Below, piece after piece: positions 13,357 through 24,621 of a DNA stretch of 64,000 nucleotides. Both the position numbers and the translations under genes were made by a program. Every line of letters begins with the position of its first letter. The stretch's first letter is position 1. The DNA lies in the NCBI RefSeq assembly GCF_009914755.1, contig NC_060928.1; one strand, 5' to 3'. The stretch is from the human T2T-CHM13v2.0 reference genome, Homo sapiens. The notes under the pieces were generated by a model. The model was not told the DNA's origin. It was given only the letters and a program-made list of their open reading frames with translations, and did not search any database.

Positions 13357-14360
13357 GTGCGTGTGGGAGCCTGGCCGGCCGGGGAGGGTGCGCTCGGCAG
13401 GCTGTGCGACGTCCCGGGGCGGGGGGCCACAGTGATTTGTCAGCCCCAGTTAGATGGCCAGCCTCCCCACCCCCAGCTAAGGAACCAGAACCTTTCCAGG
13501 CCAGGATTGCAGCCTGGGCTTCTGCAAGCCCTGCTGAGGGATTCAGAGCAGCGGGGGCTGGGCTCGTACCTGCAGGTGCTCTCCCTCGGGGGTCCGAGCT
13601 GTTGGAACGCTTGGCCCTAGAGCTTTCTGGCTGGGACAGTCAGCCACAGCTGCCACTGTGCAGTAAGAGACCCTCTGACCCACCACCACCATCTTCCACG
13701 CCCAGGAGCAGGGAAGGCCTTGCCCGAGCTCGGTGGCCCGGGGGCAGCTGGTCTGACTCTGCAGCTGGGGTCGGGACTGGCTCTGCCTGAGCCCGGTGTT
13801 TAGGCCCAAGGCCACCTCGGGAGGTCCCCTGGCTGTGGGGTCTCAGGACACGTTGGGCTGAGGGGGTCTCGTCTTGTCTCACCCACACTTCCTTGGCTGT
13901 GGCTGCGGCACTCTCTGCAGGAGTCCTTGGCCAGGGATGTTGCTGGACCCCAGAGGGGCTCTGGTGCCTGGGCACGGTGGGGCTCCCCAGGTCGGGGCGG
14001 GTGCTGGGCCAGGTGCCTCCATGGGCTCTCTCAAATGCTCCTCTTGCTCCACGAGGGCAGCGCTTGACCCAACGTCCAAGTGAGGCCAAGGCCTAGGCCA
14101 TGTGGCGGGTGAGCAGCAAGCTCACATGTGGCGCCTCCTGGCACTGGCACCCCCGCCGTGGTGTGGCGGGGAAGGGTGACTGGGAGGGCAGAGGCGAGCA
14201 GCATGTGGGGTGGGACCTGGGCCTCCCTTCTCCTGGCCACAGCCCCCAATGCCCCCTGCCCACACCAGCAAAGTCCCGTTGGGGGCAGCCCTGGGAGTGG
14301 GGAGGTGGCACCTATGGCCAGCGCCCTCCCCGCTGCCCTGCCATGCTGGATGGTGCAGCT

Positions 14361-14459
14361 GCACCCCTGTAGGTGTCTTCCTGCCTAGTGGATGCACCCC
14401 TGCAGGTGTCTTCCTGCCTAGTGGATGCACCCCTGCAGGTGTCTTCCTGCCTAGCGGCT
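14361..14459 (+). repeat. 33-bp tandem repeat x3
   Basis: GCACCCCTGCAGGTGTCTTCCTGCCTAGTGGAT at 14361, 14394, 14427. Confidence 0.9.
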
Positions 14460-17376
14460 GCAGGCAGGTGTGGATGGTGTGGTCAGTGTGGATGATGTGG
14501 TCGGTGTGTTTGGCTGTGCAAGGCGAGGGTGTGCAGAGTGCAGGGCGGGGACAGGGCCGGGCAGGGGCAGCAGGAGGCTGAGCAGGGCTCCCTGCTCTCT
14601 CCTGCTCCCCTCAGGCAGTTCCCGGGGAGCAGAGGGAAGCAGGGAAGCAGTACTGGGCAGAGGATGCCAGGGAGGGTTTGCCTGGGACAGCCACTAGATG
14701 GGACAGGCTCCACCGCAGGCAGCACGTGGGCCAGCCCCAGGCGGGGCCATTGCTGACAGCTGGAGGGGGTTGGGCTGACCAGAAGTCCCAGACCCCACTC
14801 CACAGGACATCTTTGTCAGAGTCAGCTGGGAGCTCTCAGAAAGCTCTGTTGTCAGGGCCTCGGCCTGCAGCTGTGCCCCCAAGCTGTGCCTCTGCAGGTG
14901 TGTGGGGGCCTCAGGCCACCCGGAGGTGCTGGTTGAGCTGGGACACTATGCTGGGCAGCACCCCGCCAGAGAAGCCGTGGGCCCAGCCCCCGCAGGCTGG
15001 ACTTACTGGAGGGTCTGGGCTGATGGGTTCGTCTGCCTGTGCTGGCAGCACACTGGAGCCCCGTGATCACAGGACTCCCACAATAGAGCCCTGCGGGCGG
15101 CATCCTCAAGCTCTGGGCTTTCTGCCGTCCTCCTGTGCTGAGCCCGCTGTGACCCACTGGAGGGGCCAAGAGATGCAGGAAGTCCAGCCCCTTGGTCTTC
15201 CGCATGTGGACACCGAGTCCCAGAGGCAGCCAGACCCACCAGGAGCAGGAGGGAAGGGCTCAGAGGTCTGGGGTCCACCATGCTCCGAGTATGGCGTGCA
15301 TGTTACCTTCTTGGCCTGGCCTCCACGGGGGTGCACCGTTGCTGCACCCCATTTTGCAGACGAGGGTGAGAGGCTCAGGGGGCGTGTGGTGGAGCTGGGA
15401 GTCGATCCGTGTCTTGCTGGCCCACCAGTTACTGGACGGGAAATGGTGGGAGGTTGTGTCCTGCATCCTGACCCTGGTGTCACCGAGGGGCCACTCTCCG
15501 TCCCACCTGTGGGGCATTGGCTTTGAGGGTGGCCCTGGTCGGAATGTCCCAGGGCTGAGGGGCAGTTGTGCTGTCCTGTCACTGTGCTTGTCTTCAGCCT
15601 GGACCCTCAGTGCACCAAGGAGCCAGGACTGGTGCCTGCTGTCCTGCCCACGTGGCTGAATGTGTCTGTGAAAGTGCCAGGAGCTGCTAAGCCGTGTGGC
15701 CTGTGGGCTCCATGGCCACCAGCAGGCCGTGTCGGGAGGGACTGATGCCTGAGCTGGCACAGCCTTGGCTGCCATCGCCTTCCATCCTCCCAGGCACAGG
15801 CAGGGAGGGGACAGGAGAGAGGCTTGTGCCACCCCCATCCCTGTCCCCGGCAATGCTACAGACAGGGCCACAGGGTCTTGGGCTGGCAGGGCCCCAGGCT
15901 GACCGGGGCAGTGCCTTGGGGTGGCCATACCCAGAGGTGGGGGAGGCTCCTCCAGGCCCTTCTTGTGTTCCTGGGCCCGGTGCTGTGAGCTCTCACCTGC
16001 CCGTGGGGAGGGCCCTGTTCTGAGGTCCTGATGGGGTCTCCTGTTGTGAGCAAGGGCCCCAGCTGGGCACCTGTGTGGGCTGAAGGCATCAGCAGAGGAC
16101 AGTGTCCTATCAGGGACAGGGCCTCTTCAGCCTAGATGTGAACCTGGACAGGGACACCATTGCTTTCTCTGTTTGTTTCTCCGGAGCGCTGACCATGGGG
16201 TCGGGACGTCTGGCTCCAGCCTCCGCCAGGCTGGGTTCTGTCCGCTGAGGCTCTGATCTAGGTGTCCCAGGCTGGGGACTGTACCTTCTGGTCCTCTGTG
16301 TGCTGCAGAATTTGGTGTAAACTTTTCATGCTGCCACTGCTCCTGGACTTTGGGGAGAGCAGGTCCTTGGACCTGTTTCGGCTCAGTCCTGCAGGTGCCC
16401 CCAAGGTGGGTGTCAGGAGGTGTGTTCTGGAGGCCCAGAGGAGGCCACTTGGAGCAGGACGGGGTCGGTTTGCTCTTGCGGGTGTGGCTGTGGCTTCCCT
16501 GCCAGGGAAACTCTTTGGGATGGCTGTGGCCGTGGGTGCTGTGGATGTGGAAGGGGCAGGGTCTTGAGCCCTGCTGTTTGGAGCAAGGTAGCCACTTGGC
16601 CCAGTGTTCACATCACTTAGTGCCTGGGACATCCCAGCATGGGCGGGGGCTTGGGGACCAGGGCAGTGATGCTGAGGCTCGCAGCAGCGGTGCTGAGGGG
16701 CCAGTGAGAGGTCCCACCCTGCCTGGGCAGGAAGGGGAGGTTTCCTGCCACTCAGTCGCAGAGGACACATGGACGATGAATAGAGAAGGCGAGGCTGGTG
16801 CTCCCTGGATGCAGCCCTGAGGGGAGGGGCTAGGTGGGGCCGAGGGTCCGCAGACCACCATGCTCTGAGCCTTGGGCACAGTATGAGTCTCCATCCGAGA
16901 CCCCAGGGAACGGTGGGGACACTGCAAGGTGGGCGGGCATTTCCCCAGGTGGAGGGGAGCCTGTGAGAAATGGGCACCGTGAATGAGGGGCAGGCAGCCC
17001 CTCTTGCAGCGAGGCCGGCCCTGGGGATGGGGGAGGGGCTGGTCATTTTTTGGAACAGAAAATTGAAAAACTCGGTGGTGAGGAAGATGAGGAAGGAGGG
17101 GTCTGGCCGGCGTGGGGTCCTGGTGAGTGGGCAGGTGGCAGGGCCATCCACGGGCACAGGGACCCAGCTGGGCGCATGGTGGCCTGGATAGGGGTGGTGT
17201 GGGTGTCTGCGTTTGAGGGCCAGCCTCTGGGATGAGGCATCGGGAGGAGCGGGGACTCCCAGGGGACTGCCACTCCACAGAGGGGGATAACCACTGAGTC
17301 AGGCTGGGCCTGGTGCCTGCGGGCGAGGGTGGGCGGTGGTGGCCACCTCCTCCACCGAGTCTTCTCTCTGCCACAG

Positions 17377-17496
17377 ACCCAAGTCCCCCGGGACCCTCGA
17401 CTGTGGAGGAGCGTGTGGCCCAGGAAGCCCTGGAAACCCTACAGCTGGAGAAGCGGCTGAGCCTCCTCTCACATGCGGGCAGGCCGGGCAGTGGAG
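17377..17496 (+). CDS. DOK7: DOK7 exon 6 (leucine-rich NES-like LETLQLEKRLSLL)
   Basis: ccacag|ACCCAAG...GTGGAG|gtaggg; 120 nt; DPSPPGPSTVEERVAQEALETLQLEKRLSLLSHAGRPGSG. Confidence 0.96.
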
Positions 17497-17594
17497 GTAG
17501 GGCCGGGGGCTGACCTGGGCTGTGGGACCTCGGCTAAGCCTCCAGCAGGAGAGCTCAGGAGGCATCCATGCATGTGTGGGGGCTGCAGGCTCCC

Positions 17595-19330
17595 TCTGCT
17601 CATTCATTCATTCCTTCTGTCTCCTGCTCATTCATTCTTCCCCCAACTCCCCGCCCCGCCCGCTACTCATTCATCCTTCCTTCCCCACCACCCCGCTCAT
17701 TCCTTCCTTCTCCTCCTGCTCATTCATTCCTTCCTTCTTCCTCCTACTCATTAATTCCTTCCTCCCCCCATTCCTTTCTTCACCCCCTCATTCATTCCTT
17801 TCTTCACCCCCTCATTCATTCCTTTCTTCACCCCCATTCATTCCTTTCTTCACCCCCTTATTCATTCCTTTTCTCCCTGCTCATTCATTCCTTCCTTCCC
17901 CACCCTGCTCATTCATTTCTTCCTCCGCCCCCCCCACTCATTCCTTCCCCCCTCATTCATTCCTGTCTTCACCCCCTCATTCATTCCTTCCTTTTCTCCC
18001 TGCTCATTCATTCCTTCCTTCCCCACCTTGCTCATTCATTTCTTCCTCCGCCCCCCCGGCTCATTCTTGCCTTACCTCCATTCATTCCTTCCTTTTCCCC
18101 ACACTCATTCATTCCTTCCTTCCCCCCACCCCCTGCTCATTCAGTCCTTCATTACCCTCCTGCTCATTCAGTCCTTCTTTCACCCCCCCCACCGCCCCGC
18201 TCATTCATTCCTTCATTTCTCTCCTGCTCATTCATTCCTTTCTTCTCCCTCTGCTCATTCATTCCTTCCTTTTCCCCCTGCTCATTCTTTCCTTCACCCC
18301 CCCGCTCATTCGTTCCTTCCTTCTCCCCCTGCTCATTCGTTTTTTCCTTCTCTCTCTGCTCATTCCTTCATTTCTTCTCTCCCTGCTCATTCATTCCTTC
18401 CTCTGCTCCCCCCTGCTCGTTCATTTCCCTCCTGCTCATTCATTCCTCCCTTCCCCGCATTCCTTCCTTCCCCCCTCATGCATTCCTTCATTTCCCCCCA
18501 CTCATTCCTTCCTTCCTTCTTCCTCCTGCTCATTCCTTCTTTCCTTCTCCCCCGGCTCATTCATTCCTTCCTCTGCCCCCCCGCTCATTCATTCCTGCCT
18601 TCCCCCCATTCATTCCTTCCTTCCCCCCCACTCATTTCATTCCTTCATTACCCTCCTGCTCATTAATTTCTTCCTTCTCTCCTCTGCTCATTCATTCCTT
18701 CCTTCTTCCCCTGCTCATTCATTCCTTCTCCCCCTGCTCATTTCTTCATTTCCCTCCTGCTCATTCATTCCTTCCTTCTTCTTCCTGCTCATTCATTCCT
18801 TCCTTCCCCCCCATTCCTTCCTTTCTTTTCCCCCGGCTCATTCCTTCCTTCTCCCCACTCCTGCTCATTAATTCCTTCCCTCTCCCCCTGCTCGTTCATT
18901 CGTTTCTCCCTTCCCCCCATTCCTTCCTTCCTTCTTCCTCCTGCTCATTCATTCCTTCCCCCCCTGCTCATTCCTTCCTTCTCCCGCTGCTCTTTCATTC
19001 CTTCTCCCCTTGCTCATTCATTCCTTCATTCATTCCTTCCTCCGCCCCCCCGCTCATTCATTCCTGCCTTCTCCCCCTGCTCATTCATTCCTTCCTTCTT
19101 CGCCTGCTTGTTCCTTCCTTCCTCTGCTCCCCCTGCTCGTTCATTCCTTCCTTCTCCCCCTGCTCATTCATTCCTTCCTGCTCACCCCAGCTTCCTTCTT
19201 TCCTTCTTCCCCTGCTCATTCATTTCTTTCTTCTCTCCCTACTCAATTTCTCTCTCACTCATTCATTCTTTTCTTGTCCCTCTGCTTATTCCTTCCTTCC
19301 TTCTGTCTGTTCATTCATTTCTTCCTTCAC
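17595..19330 (+). repeat. 1.7-kb pyrimidine-rich low-complexity tract (CTGCTCATTCATTCCTTCC)n
   Basis: Degenerate CATT/CCTT repeats in DOK7 intron 6. Confidence 0.95.
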
Positions 19331-20517
19331 TTATGGTTCCACATTTACTAAACTCTGGTCTGAGGTGCTGACGGGAAAGGTGGTTCTGCCCTGAGAGCCT
19401 TTGAATCCTTTCCTGCCCACCAGCTTGTGGCTGGGGGAGACCAAGGCCCTGCATGTTGGTTTTACCTTCTGTGCCCAGACAAAAGGCTCTAAGGCAGGTG
19501 AGCTGGCTGCCCAGGAGCAGAGGCACCTCCTCAGCTGCCGGTGGCTCTGGCTCTGTTGCCATTGTGGGGAGAGGAGGTGGTGGAAGGGGCTGGCAGAGCA
19601 GGAGGGGCCGCTGTGCTCCCCGAAGGGTGGCTGCATGGGTGACCTGTGTTCCCACGGCCAAGTGCAGGAGCCGTGCTGGTCCGGCCAGTGCCCTCTGATC
19701 ACTGCTTGTCCCCCAGAGGGCACCAAGCAGACAGTGGTCATCTCCCCTCCTGCCCTGCCCCAGGAGGAGGGGACTCAGGTTTGCAATAAGCTTTTGCCTT
19801 CCTGGGGGTGACTCACAGCTGCTTTCCATTTGGGAGCCCTGGAAGGCAGAGCAGGCAGCTTAGAGACGCAGCAGAGATGAAAGTGGCTTTCCCAAGAGCA
19901 CGGGAGGGGCCTGGCCTGGCAGGCGGGAGGCAGCCTGGGATCTGCATTGGGTGTGCTTCTCATCCCCCGCAGGGAGGGAGACTGGGAGTGAGGCAAGGAC
20001 GCCAGCATGGTGAGGGCAGGGGGCGAGTCGAGGTGTGTGGGCACAGCTGGTGCCTCGTGTCCAGGCTGGCAGGGCCTGGGAAGTTCTCGGGGAAGGGACG
20101 TCCAGACCAGCCTGGGGCCGTGATGGTGTGGAGGGCAAGCTGCCCCAGGTGGCCCTGGAAGGTAGTCGGGATGGCTGGGTATGGAGCGTGGGGTGTTAGG
20201 CAGGGAGGGTGGGGAGCTCTAGGGAAGGGGAGGAGGCGGGGACCAAGGTAGTGGCAGGGGTGCTGAGAGGGAGGGGCGCAGGCCGTAGGAGAACAGGTGG
20301 CAGAAGGACAGGAACGGACAAAGAACAGGAGTGGATGAGGGGTAGAGGGGTTGTTGTTGGTGAAGCCAGGTTTCTGTTGTAGCCCCCGGGGCTTGGGGGC
20401 TGGAAGGGGTGGGGCGAGACCAGAGAGTGCTGGCCTGTGGGGGTCCACCAGGCATCAGCCACGTCCTGCCCAGACCCCTGTACCCCACAACTGCCTTGGC
20501 TTCCTGCTCTGTCTCAG

Positions 20518-21260
20518 GGGATGACCGCAGCCTGTCCAGCTCATCCTCAGAGGCCAGTCACTTGGACGTCAGCGCCAGCAGCCGGCTCACCGCATGGCCA
20601 GAGCAATCCTCGTCGTCAGCCAGCACGTCACGGGAGGGGCCTAGACCAGCAGCTGCCCAGGCCGCCGGGGAAGCCATGGTGGGTGCCTCAAGGCCACCCC
20701 CCAAGCCGCTGCGTCCGCGGCAGCTGCAGGAGGTTGGCCGCCAGAGCTCCTCGGACAGCGGCATCGCCACTGGCAGCCACTCCTCTTACTCCAGCAGCCT
20801 CTCGTCCTACGCGGGCAGCAGCCTGGACGTGTGGCGGGCCACAGATGAACTGGGCTCCCTGCTCAGCCTGCCAGCAGCAGGGGCCCCCGAGCCCAGCCTG
20901 TGCACCTGCCTGCCCGGGACAGTCGAGTATCAGGTGCCCACCTCCCTGCGGGCCCACTATGACACACCACGCAGCCTTTGCCTGGCTCCTAGAGACCACA
21001 GCCCCCCCTCACAGGGCAGCCCCGGCAACAGTGCGGCCAGGGACTCAGGCGGCCAGACGTCCGCCGGGTGTCCCTCTGGCTGGCTGGGCACGAGACGGCG
21101 GGGCCTGGTGATGGAGGCCCCCCAGGGCAGCGAGGCCACACTGCCTGGCCCTGCCCCTGGCGAGCCCTGGGAAGCAGGCGGCCCCCACGCGGGGCCACCC
21201 CCGGCTTTCTTTTCGGCATGTCCAGTCTGTGGAGGACTCAAGGTAAACCCCCCTCCTTGA
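20518..21260 (+). CDS. DOK7: DOK7 exon 7 coding part, end of canonical 504-aa isoform; Crk-binding YQVP (Y395) and YDTP (Y405)
   Basis: tctcag|GGGATGAC...CCTTGA; GDDRSLSSSSSEASH...ACPVCGGLKVNPPP*. Confidence 0.96.
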
Positions 21261-22221
21261 GAGCCGCAGATCCCGCCCCGCGGCTGCAAAGGGGCTGAAT
21301 TTGCCCCCAGATGGCAGAGGAAGTGGCGCCAGCCTCCTTGCAGACTGGTGCTCTGTGTTCTGTGGGAGGGACCGGGGGTCTCCCGGAGAGGGGAGCTGGA
21401 GGGCGCGCCCTGTGGCTGCCACCGGAGGAAGGGGCTGACTTGGGGAGGTGAGTTCTGGAAGGCAGGGGCTCTGGGTCTGGCAGGTCGGGGTCACCAGAGC
21501 CCCAATGCCCAGCTGCTTCACTCCGTGTCCCCCACCCCTGAGGATCAGGTGAGTGCTGCACCTCTGTTGGCTCGTGCCTTGCACTGGGGTGCCAAGGGCT
21601 GGAGGCCCTGCCGCTGGCCTTGTCCTCCTTGGGCCTCACGCCCCCTTCGGGGGTGGCCGGTTCTCCCCATCACCTCTCTGGGGCAGTCACACCACCTGTT
21701 AAGCATCAAGCTACCACAGAGGCTCCGGCCACCTGGGCTCCACCAGCCCAGCCCCCCTGGGCTCCGTGTGCGCTGGGCCTCATCCCCATCTATGGGAGGA
21801 AACTGAAGCTCAGGAGGCTGTGTGGCTTGCGGGGTCTCTGGGTTCTGGGCCCCACTGTTCCCCAGTGAAGCCCTTGTGGGAAGGTTCCGGGAGCAGGTGG
21901 TGTCCTCAGAGCAGCCTCGCCTGCTGACCCCACTGGGAGAGGCGCCGTGCCTCGGGCCCCTGGTGGGAGCTCCGCTGGCTCCTGTCTGAACCTCCTCGCA
22001 GGGCCAAAGGCTGGCTTGGCCTGTGTTTCCCCTGGCCCAGGCCTCAGCCCCTGCGTCGGAGGTGGGGCTGTGTTGGGCCCATTGTCCCCCGCCCTGGGTG
22101 GCTTCCTCTTGCACAGCCTGGAGCCTGCCCTGACCACAGCCCAGCAGCTCCCTGTGAACACCTCTTTGTCCCTTCACTGTCGGCTGTTTCTAAACCCAGA
22201 CACTGTTTGTAATAGACTGGA

Positions 22222-22227
22222 AATAAA
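22222..22227 (+). terminator. DOK7: Polyadenylation signal of canonical DOK7 mRNA
   Basis: AATAAA about 960 nt after the stop, followed by T-rich sequence. Confidence 0.8.
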
Positions 22228-22799
22228 ATGTTCTTTTCTTACCACCTTGTCCTAGTCCGTTGCCCAGCCCTCTCCGCCTCCTCGCCCACCCTCCACGTGG
22301 GGCCTCTGCCTGGATGCGAAGTCCCCGGGCCCGGCTTCCCTGGCCTTTATCTCAGAGAGTGCGAGAGGCCTCATCTGTCTTGTGAGCCTTGGGCCTGAAT
22401 GCTGTGGTGTGCGGAGAGGCAGCTCCGGGCAGCCCCCGGGCTGGGATGTGCATGTGTGGTGTGTGCACGTGTGGCACATTCCTGGGTGTGTCCTGGAGAC
22501 CACAGTGGGGTCTGCAGTAGTCCCTCAGGCATGGGGCTCCTCAGGTCCCGGTGAGGGCGGACCTCAGGAGGGGGCTGGCTCTGAGCCCAGGGCCCCTGCC
22601 CTGCCTGTCTCCCCTACATGGGGCCGAGTTCCAGGCTTGTCTCAGTCACCCCTGCACATCTGTGTGGGTGCCTGCCTGCCCCCTCACCCGCCACCCTGTT
22701 GTGGGTGCCTGCCTGTCCCTTTGCCTGCCACCCTGTCAGGGACTGACTCTGAGCGGGGAGTTCTGGAGGGCTTCTGCAGCAGTGCCTGGTGAGCAAGCG

Positions 22800-22960
22800 T
22801 GGGCTTTGGGGACTGAGTTTGGGCCACATCCACTACCTGCTGGCTGGGTGACCCTACAAGCCCCGCCCCTCTCTGAGCCTCAGTTTCCTCTTGCAAACGG
22901 GATGACAGACCCCGCCTCACTGGGCTGCACTGAGGGTCTGATGAGGTCACTCTTCAGGCG
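22800..22960. mobile_element. MIR fragment
   Basis: MIR core-like ctctgagcctcagtttcctcttgcaaacggg. Confidence 0.55.
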
Positions 22961-24578
22961 CTCAATAGCTGCCCGTCACCATTACCCCTGCTGCTGTCAC
23001 CTCCGGAGGTGGCCGCGCCAGTCTTGTTGCAGGACGAGTGAGGCTGTGGCTCCTTTGCTGGGGAGCCAGGCCCTTCCCGCTAGTCTTCATCATCCACGCT
23101 CAGCCCTCTGTGTTCCCACGGGTCGCCTGCCCAAGGCTAGTGGGGGCAAGGTCCCTCTGATGGGACCAGACTGAAGCACCCCACAGCGGTGGCCTGGAGT
23201 CATGGGGCCTCTTGCCTGGCGGGGCTGGGCCCCTGGACAGCCTTTCCCTGTGGGGATGCGGCCGGGACATCTGCCTCTCCTCACGATGCTCGTGAGTGGG
23301 CCTCGCTCCGGGCGTCTGAAGGTTCCGGCCACCGCCTGCTACGGCAGCCCAGGGTCTCCAGCCTCAGTACCCAGTTCCCAGGTGGGTGGCCAACAGGCTG
23401 GGGGCTCCTCCTCAGGCCAGGGGCAACCAGATGGGACAGACACTGGTTCTGTTTTCTTGACGCCCCTGGAGCACCTGGGCCTGGCCAGGCAGGGGACAGG
23501 GTGGACCTTCGCTGGTTCGGGCTCTGCACCATCCACACCTACCCGCCTGCCCCCCCCGGGAGCAGCTGGGGAGGGGCCCTCTCAGGAGCCTGTGTATGTG
23601 ATGAGCTCAGGGGGTGTCGGCCTGTTGTCAAAGGTTCTCAAAGTCTAGACCAGCTCAGTTTGCTCAGGGGGCCTCGTGTGAGGGTCCCAGCCCTGTGACT
23701 GTCTGCCCTTGAGTCTGGCCTGCACCAGTGCTAGGTGCTGAGCCCCCATTTCCGGCCTCCCAGCCCCCACCCACGAGGCCCCTCAGAACAGGAGGGTGCT
23801 GCGCCTTCTTTCTAGCTGCCGGCTGCTGGAGCCCATGTGGGACATTGTCTTGGGCTGGCCCCGCTTCTGCTCATCTGGGCTGGAGGTGGGCAGGAAGCCT
23901 CTGCTCAGCCGTGGGCCGCTGTCCCTCCCGCAAGCGCCCTTCAGACCCCACCATAGGCTCCTCCAGGGACTTGGGGCACCCCGTTAGGCACGGCCCACTT
24001 CAGAGGCCCAGGAGAAGGTCGCCTGCAGTGTCAGGGAACTTTGCTCATCTCATCTGGGGCCTCCCAGTGGGGCATTTTCCAGGGGCACCCCCCTGCGGAG
24101 CCTTCCCCACCAGCTGCAGAGAGCAGGGCCCACACCCTCAAGGACGGGAAAGGAAATCACAGGCACCCTCGGAGCAGCCGCTCAGCTCTGAGGTCGGAGC
24201 CCAGACACTACCTTGCATGGGCGTGGTACTCCTCCGATAAAGCTCTAATAGCAAAATAGTGGGGCTGGACTGGGCCTCAGGGCTGGGAACCGCCCCCTCC
24301 CCAGATGCCGAGGCCTCCAGCTCCCCCATGGGTGGTTATGGGGGCTACCACCAGGCTGGGTGGTCAAGGCAGTGGGTGGCCCGGAGATCTGGGGGCTGTG
24401 GGGCAAAGGGCCCTGGAGAGAAGGCATCAGGTATGGCGGGCTGGACTCCCTGCAGGTGACCCAGGTCCCCCAGCCTGTGCCACTCTTGGGGGGTAGTGTC
24501 CTTGTTCTCGGTGGCCCCCCGGGCACAGGATGAGGGGAAGACTGAAGGATGCACTGACCCAGGTTCTCTTTGGTCTAG

Positions 24579-24621
24579 GGAGCGGCAGCCTCAGCCCCAG
24601 GACCTGCGACAGCACATTCAG
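24579..24621 (+). CDS. DOK7: DOK7 long isoform exon A (43 nt), spliced from internal exon-7 donor after 21242
   Basis: ttctctttggtctag|GGAGCG...CATTCAG|gtaggc; GAAASAPGPATAHS; phase 0 in, phase 1 out, fitting both neighbours. Confidence 0.8.

Noticed and set aside
12573-13790. 405-aa ORF
   Set aside because: Only the DOK7 exon 5 segment looks like protein; the rest is GC-rich intron
17522-19394. 608-aa and 449-aa ORFs
   Set aside because: Artefacts of the pyrimidine repeat, which lacks stop codons; the match to the long DOK7 isoform length is coincidence
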